Shown here in pieces: positions 60,032 through 64,000 of a DNA stretch of 64,000 nucleotides. The position numbers and the translations under genes were made by a program. Position 1 is the first letter of the stretch. Each line of letters opens with the position of its first letter. The notes beneath the pieces were generated by a model, which saw only the letters and a list, made by a program, of their open reading frames with translations, was not told where the DNA came from and did no database searches. Source of the stretch: Candidatus Bruticola sp. (lineage in GTDB: Bacteria; Vulcanimicrobiota; Xenobia; Xenobiales; Xenobiaceae); the NCBI GenBank assembly GCA_051874735.1, contig JBJEGD010000002.1:76334-140333 (forward strand), written 5' to 3'.

Positions 60032-60075
60032 TTTTGAAAAATTTCAACCTCCTAAAATAGGCCCGTTTATTTAAT

Positions 60076-60957
60076 TTAAACCAAATTTATATAAGCTTCA
60101 AAAACGAAACAGGCCTCCCCAGTCATAGTAATATGCTGATTATGATCGTAAGCTATGGCCAGACGACCTCCCGGCAGATGGACGACTACAGAATCGCCGC
60201 AAAGTCCAAGACGATTGGCTGCAGCAAAAGAGGCGCAAGCCCCCGTACCGCAAGCCAAAGTTTCTCCAGCTCCTCTTTCCCAAACTCGCATGTGTATATT
60301 ATTGTGATCTTGGGGGATGACGAATTCGACATTTTGTCCCCCAGAAGCTCGACTTTCGTCGGGACTGCAGCGTTCTAAAGCTGACCCACAAGCGGCTACA
60401 TCAGGCCACTTAAACTTCTTTTTTCTGCCCTTATCGTCATTTGCAACTTCCATAAGAAAATGGGGCAGCATTAAAACAAAGTGAGGGTTACCCATATCAA
60501 TATCTAAACCGGTATATTCTGTACCCTCGGCGTCTGGTAAATGGCCCGTTCTTTCACCAAGGAATTGAGGCTGTCCCATATCGACTTTAACCAAATAAGG
60601 ACTGTCACTTAAAACAGTAACCAGCTTGAGACTATTGCTAACTTTAACCGGCGTTTCCTCACCTAAAGCTATCCATCCTAAACGATGCGCCATAGCAGCA
60701 AGACAGCGGATTCCATTGCCGCACATACCTGCCAGACTGCCATCAGCATTAAATATAACCATATTGATAATATGGCTGTCATCTTGAAAAAGATAAATTA
60801 GACCATCGCCGCCGATACCGTAATGGCGATCGCACAGGCGCACTGCTAAGGAAGAAAACTCTGAATTTTCAAAATGGTTGCTAACTAAAATAATAAAATC
60901 GTTACCTAAGCCCTGCCATTTAAATAATTCAAGCTTATTATTTGAAGTTATATTCAT
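60076..60957 (-). CDS. dapF: Diaminopimelate epimerase
   Basis: GLGNDF, MCGNG, MGNPH and ERGAGETLACGTG. Confidence 0.97.
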   Translation of the reverse strand: MNITSNNKLELFKWQGLGNDFIILVSNHFENSEFSSLAVRLCDRHYGIGGDGLIYLFQDDSHIINMVIFNADGSLAGMCGNGIRCLAAMAHRLGWIALGEETPVKVSNSLKLVTVLSDSPYLVKVDMGQPQFLGERTGHLPDAEGTEYTGLDIDMGNPHFVLMLPHFLMEVANDDKGRKKKFKWPDVAACGSALERCSPDESRASGGQNVEFVIPQDHNNIHMRVWERGAGETLACGTGACASFAAANRLGLCGDSVVVHLPGGRLAIAYDHNQHITMTGEACFVFEAYINLV

Positions 60958-61883
60958 AAAGCGGATCCTTCCTTATCTTTTCCAAGCCAAGCTTTGACCA
61001 AAGCTTCAGCCTGAGCTAACAAATCAGTTCCATAAGTAATTTTTTGCAAATGGGGTTCAGCTCTAAGCCAAGTTTGCTGACGCTTGGCATAACGATGCGT
61101 TGCAAAGCAGATTTTTTCCACAGCTTCTAGCAAAGAAATCTTACCGCAGACAGCTTCAAGCATTTCGCTGTATCCTAAAATATGCAGACGTCGCAAATCG
61201 TCGGCGTATCCTTCAGCCTCAAGCTGAGCTGTTTCATTCAACCAGCCTTTTTCTATCATTACATTTAAACGCTTATCGATGCGTTCATAGAGAACGGAGC
61301 GTTCTATATCTATACCTAATTTAAGCGTGTCATAAGGCGGAGGCTCTTTTCTGGAAACATCGCTAAAAGAGCGACCAGTTTTTATAACAACCTCTAAAGC
61401 TCTCGAGACTCTGCGTTTATTACATTTATCTATAGTGGCGTAAGTATGCGGATCTAACTGAGCTAGTTGGGTCAGAAGCTCCTCCAAGGACAAGTTATTG
61501 AGTTTATCCCGTAATTCTGGATCAGGAGGCAACTCTATAAGAGTATAACCGTCGAGGAAACCGCGCAAATACAGCCCCGTACCTCCAGAGATAATAGGCA
61601 GGCGACCTCGCTGCCAAATTTCTTCTACTACTTCAGCAGCCATACGCTTAAACTCAGCCAAACTGAACTGAGATTCGTGCAAACTACGTATGTCAATCAG
61701 ATGATGGGGTATAGCAGCCATTTCTGACAGAGAAGGTTTAGCAGTGCCTATGTTTACTTTGCGATAAATCTGTGCAGAATCAGCACTCACAATTTCACCG
61801 TTAAACTTTTTGGCCAATTCCAAGCTAAGACTCGATTTCCCCGAAGCTGTAGGTCCCATAATCGCTAAAATTTTAGGTTTCAT
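60954..61883 (-). CDS. miaA: tRNA dimethylallyltransferase
   Basis: GPTASGKS, DSAQIY, IGTAKP, GGTGLY and YAKRQ. Confidence 0.97.
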   Translation of the reverse strand: MKPKILAIMGPTASGKSSLSLELAKKFNGEIVSADSAQIYRKVNIGTAKPSLSEMAAIPHHLIDIRSLHESQFSLAEFKRMAAEVVEEIWQRGRLPIISGGTGLYLRGFLDGYTLIELPPDPELRDKLNNLSLEELLTQLAQLDPHTYATIDKCNKRRVSRALEVVIKTGRSFSDVSRKEPPPYDTLKLGIDIERSVLYERIDKRLNVMIEKGWLNETAQLEAEGYADDLRRLHILGYSEMLEAVCGKISLLEAVEKICFATHRYAKRQQTWLRAEPHLQKITYGTDLLAQAEALVKAWLGKDKEGSAL

Positions 61884-62616
61884 AATCCTGAATTTCTCCC
61901 ATACCAGCCCGATACATCAGGTCAGCGAAATCTTTTGGAAGAGGTGCGCTGATAGTCATAAGGCGTTCTGTCAAAGGATGTCTAAAAGTAAGTTTATAAG
62001 CATGAAGCATAGGGCGACTTATTGTTAAAGTGTGACCCTTCAATTCGATACTAGCACATCCGCCATAAAGAGTATCACCTAAAAGAGGCAGCTTCTGAGC
62101 GGCCAAATGGGCCCTTATCTGATGCTTTCGTCCGCTTTGCAGCCGAGCCTCTAAAAGTAACAGGCCGCTACGTCGTTTGAGCAGTTTAAAATAAGTGCAA
62201 GCTTCTTTAAAACCATTTTCAACTGTATGAGGGTTGCGGCGCCAACTGACGCTACCTCCTCGCCTTCTAGGCTCTCCCAAAGCGTAACAGCATTTCCATT
62301 CACGAGCGGCCAGGTGGCCTCCAGCTTGCACTAAAGCCAAATATTTTTTTTCAAGACTGTGAACAGCAAACTGAGCGGCCAAGGGCACATTAGCTTCGGA
62401 GCAGCGAGTAAAAATTACTAATCCAGAGGTCCCTAAATCGAGTCGCTGATGGATTCCCAAATAGCCTGTTTGGCCATCTCTCTGCCTCAACATTTCCTGA
62501 AGACGTCCGACAAAATTATCACGATTGCCGTCAAGATTAGCATGCATAGGTACCCCAGCCGGCTTAAAAGCGACTAGAACCGCTTCATCTTCATACAAAA
62601 TAGTAACATTTGCCAT
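61873..62616 (-). CDS. RluA-family pseudouridine synthase
   Basis: KPAG, QRLDLGTSG, GRKHQIR, GDTLYG and LHA. Confidence 0.93.
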   Translation of the reverse strand: MANVTILYEDEAVLVAFKPAGVPMHANLDGNRDNFVGRLQEMLRQRDGQTGYLGIHQRLDLGTSGLVIFTRCSEANVPLAAQFAVHSLEKKYLALVQAGGHLAAREWKCCYALGEPRRRGGSVSWRRNPHTVENGFKEACTYFKLLKRRSGLLLLEARLQSGRKHQIRAHLAAQKLPLLGDTLYGGCASIELKGHTLTISRPMLHAYKLTFRHPLTERLMTISAPLPKDFADLMYRAGMGEIQDYET

Positions 62617-62907
62617 AAAATTTGCACTTTTTCTCCGCAGAAGTTACTTACCTGCCTCAAACCTCGATCTGCCGACACTAGATAAATTGAATTTAAATTC
62701 TGCCTTCAAAAATAAATACATGAAAAGAACAAACATGTATAAAAAATAAGGATTTAATATGGAAACATAAAAAATGTGTGCAGGTTTTAATTTTGTTAAT
62801 CCCAAAATTATCCCCGTTGTAAGGCAACATAAAGCATAATTCAGAACTCAGATAAGATAAATAATAGCCCAGAAAACGCATATTTTTAGAAAGAAGGAAG
62901 GTAGCGT

Positions 62908-64000
62908 ATGAGAAAGGCCCCTGTTACTCGCTTCGCTTGGCTCTTTTTAATACTGGCCTTATGCATGCTTCTGCCCTTGCAAGCTAATGCCAAACCAAGC
63001 AAGCATCCACCACAACTTTCCGATATAGAGCGAACCTTAGCTCCAATAGCTCTCTACCCTGACAGTTTGCTTGGTAATGTTTTAATCGCTTCCACTTATC
63101 CAGAACAAATTCGTACAGCTCAGGAAATACTCGACAAATATCCAAAAGACGACCTGGACGACTTAGCTAAAAGAGCAGAATCGCAAAATTTGAATGAAAG
63201 CGTTATTTCCCTTTTAGCTACCCCAGACGTAGTGCGTACTATGTCTAGCGACATGGACTGGACTTACGATCTTTCCAATATTTTTACTAATAAAAATGAT
63301 GAAATGTACACGGCGCTGCAAAATTTGCGCCGCCTGGCCTACGATAACAAGAAACTTACCTCTAACGACGATGTGCAGGTAACTACAGAAAACAACTATA
63401 TATACATTAACCCAACTAATCCCAATACGATGACTGTGCCTACTTACGATGTAAATTATGTCTACGGTCTCTCCTCTCCCAATTACGGGTACACTTTTGT
63501 AAATTCAGCTATTCAATGGGGCACATTTACCCTTTTAAATGAACTTTTCTATGGTAGCAGTTGGGACTGGAACGGGCGCCGCTTCTGGTGGGGCCCCGGT
63601 TACAATTATTACCGTTACTGGAATAATAATTGGTATCCTTGGAGATATAATCACCATTATTACAATCCTCCGCCTCCACCTCCTCGCCGTCCCAGCTATA
63701 TTCCTCCGCCTCCACGCCCTCCGCATCATTACTATAATGGTAACCGCCCTAGCCATGGACGACCTCATGCAGACAGACCGCATCCCGGATACGGTTGGGA
63801 TAAAGATCGCCCAGGGCGTCCAGGCAGACCGAGTCTTGACGGAGACAGACATACACGCCCAGACAGACCGAGTCTTGACGGAGGAAAGACCACGCGCCCA
63901 GGCAGACCAAGTCTTGACGGAGATAGGTATACGCGCCCAGACAGACCGAGTCTTGACGGAGGAAAGACCACGCGCCCAGGCAGACCGAGTCTTGACGGAG
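62908..64000 (+). CDS. Secreted DUF3300-domain protein, truncated by the window end (not in ORF track)
   Basis: Hand translation from ATG 62908: signal peptide MRKAPVTRFAWLFLILALCMLLPLQANA-K, then LAPIALYPDSLL..VLIASTYP...DWT...LQNLRR...VPTY...VYG; no stop before 64000. Confidence 0.88.
   Translation, partial: MRKAPVTRFAWLFLILALCMLLPLQANAKPSKHPPQLSDIERTLAPIALYPDSLLGNVLIASTYPEQIRTAQEILDKYPKDDLDDLAKRAESQNLNESVISLLATPDVVRTMSSDMDWTYDLSNIFTNKNDEMYTALQNLRRLAYDNKKLTSNDDVQVTTENNYIYINPTNPNTMTVPTYDVNYVYGLSSPNYGYTFVNSAIQWGTFTLLNELFYGSSWDWNGRRFWWGPGYNYYRYWNNNWYPWRYNHHYYNPPPPPPRRPSYIPPPPRPPHHYYNGNRPSHGRPHADRPHPGYGWDKDRPGRPGRPSLDGDRHTRPDRPSLDGGKTTRPGRPSLDGDRYTRPDRPSLDGGKTTRPGRPSLDG
63817..64000 (+). repeat. 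In-frame 39-bp tandem repeat (13 aa, RP[G/D]RPSLDG[DR(H/Y)T/GKTT]), at least 4.7 copies
   Basis: Units start at 63817, 63856, 63895, 63934 and 63973, alternating A/B types. Confidence 0.95.

Noticed and set aside
63817-64000. Possible CRISPR array (28-bp repeat with short variable segments)
   Set aside because: The variable parts are only 11 bp and recur alternately, the 39-bp period is in frame within a CDS, and no cas genes are visible.

Overview
Gene-dense bacterial chromosomal window of mostly housekeeping and metabolic genes. It has no rRNA, tRNA, CRISPR array or intact mobile element. Contents: a probable 6S RNA cut by the left edge, coaD, groES-groEL, an M32 carboxypeptidase, a family-B DNA polymerase, nadE, a Ser/Thr kinase, squalene-hopene cyclase, pepT, malQ, a selenium-dependent xanthine dehydrogenase-like molybdoenzyme, a cobT-cbiR-cobU-cobS cobamide salvage/remodelling cluster, dsrEFH/tusBCD-like genes behind ispG, a decayed GIY-YIG gene, pncB, pepP-dapF-miaA-rluA, and a DUF3300 gene with a coding tandem repeat running off the right edge (absent from the ORF track). 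Four themes stand out. (1) Three eukaryote-type sugar enzymes: UGPase, hexokinase and tandem-duplicated PFK. (2) Four intact genes within about 12 kb, each with one domain whose catalytic residues look lost: PolB exonuclease, NadE glutaminase, transglutaminase-like domain and class III cyclase-like domain. (3) A co-oriented block of ATLF-like zinc peptidase, pseudo-transglutaminase, kinase-pseudocyclase, membrane protein, shc and an orphan. (4) A CbiR-type B12 remodelling operon. Gene content suggests an anaerobic, probably host-associated, deep-branching bacterium, possibly Eremiobacterota/Vulcanimicrobiota; this is an unverified inference. All family calls come from motif recognition by eye, not from database searches.
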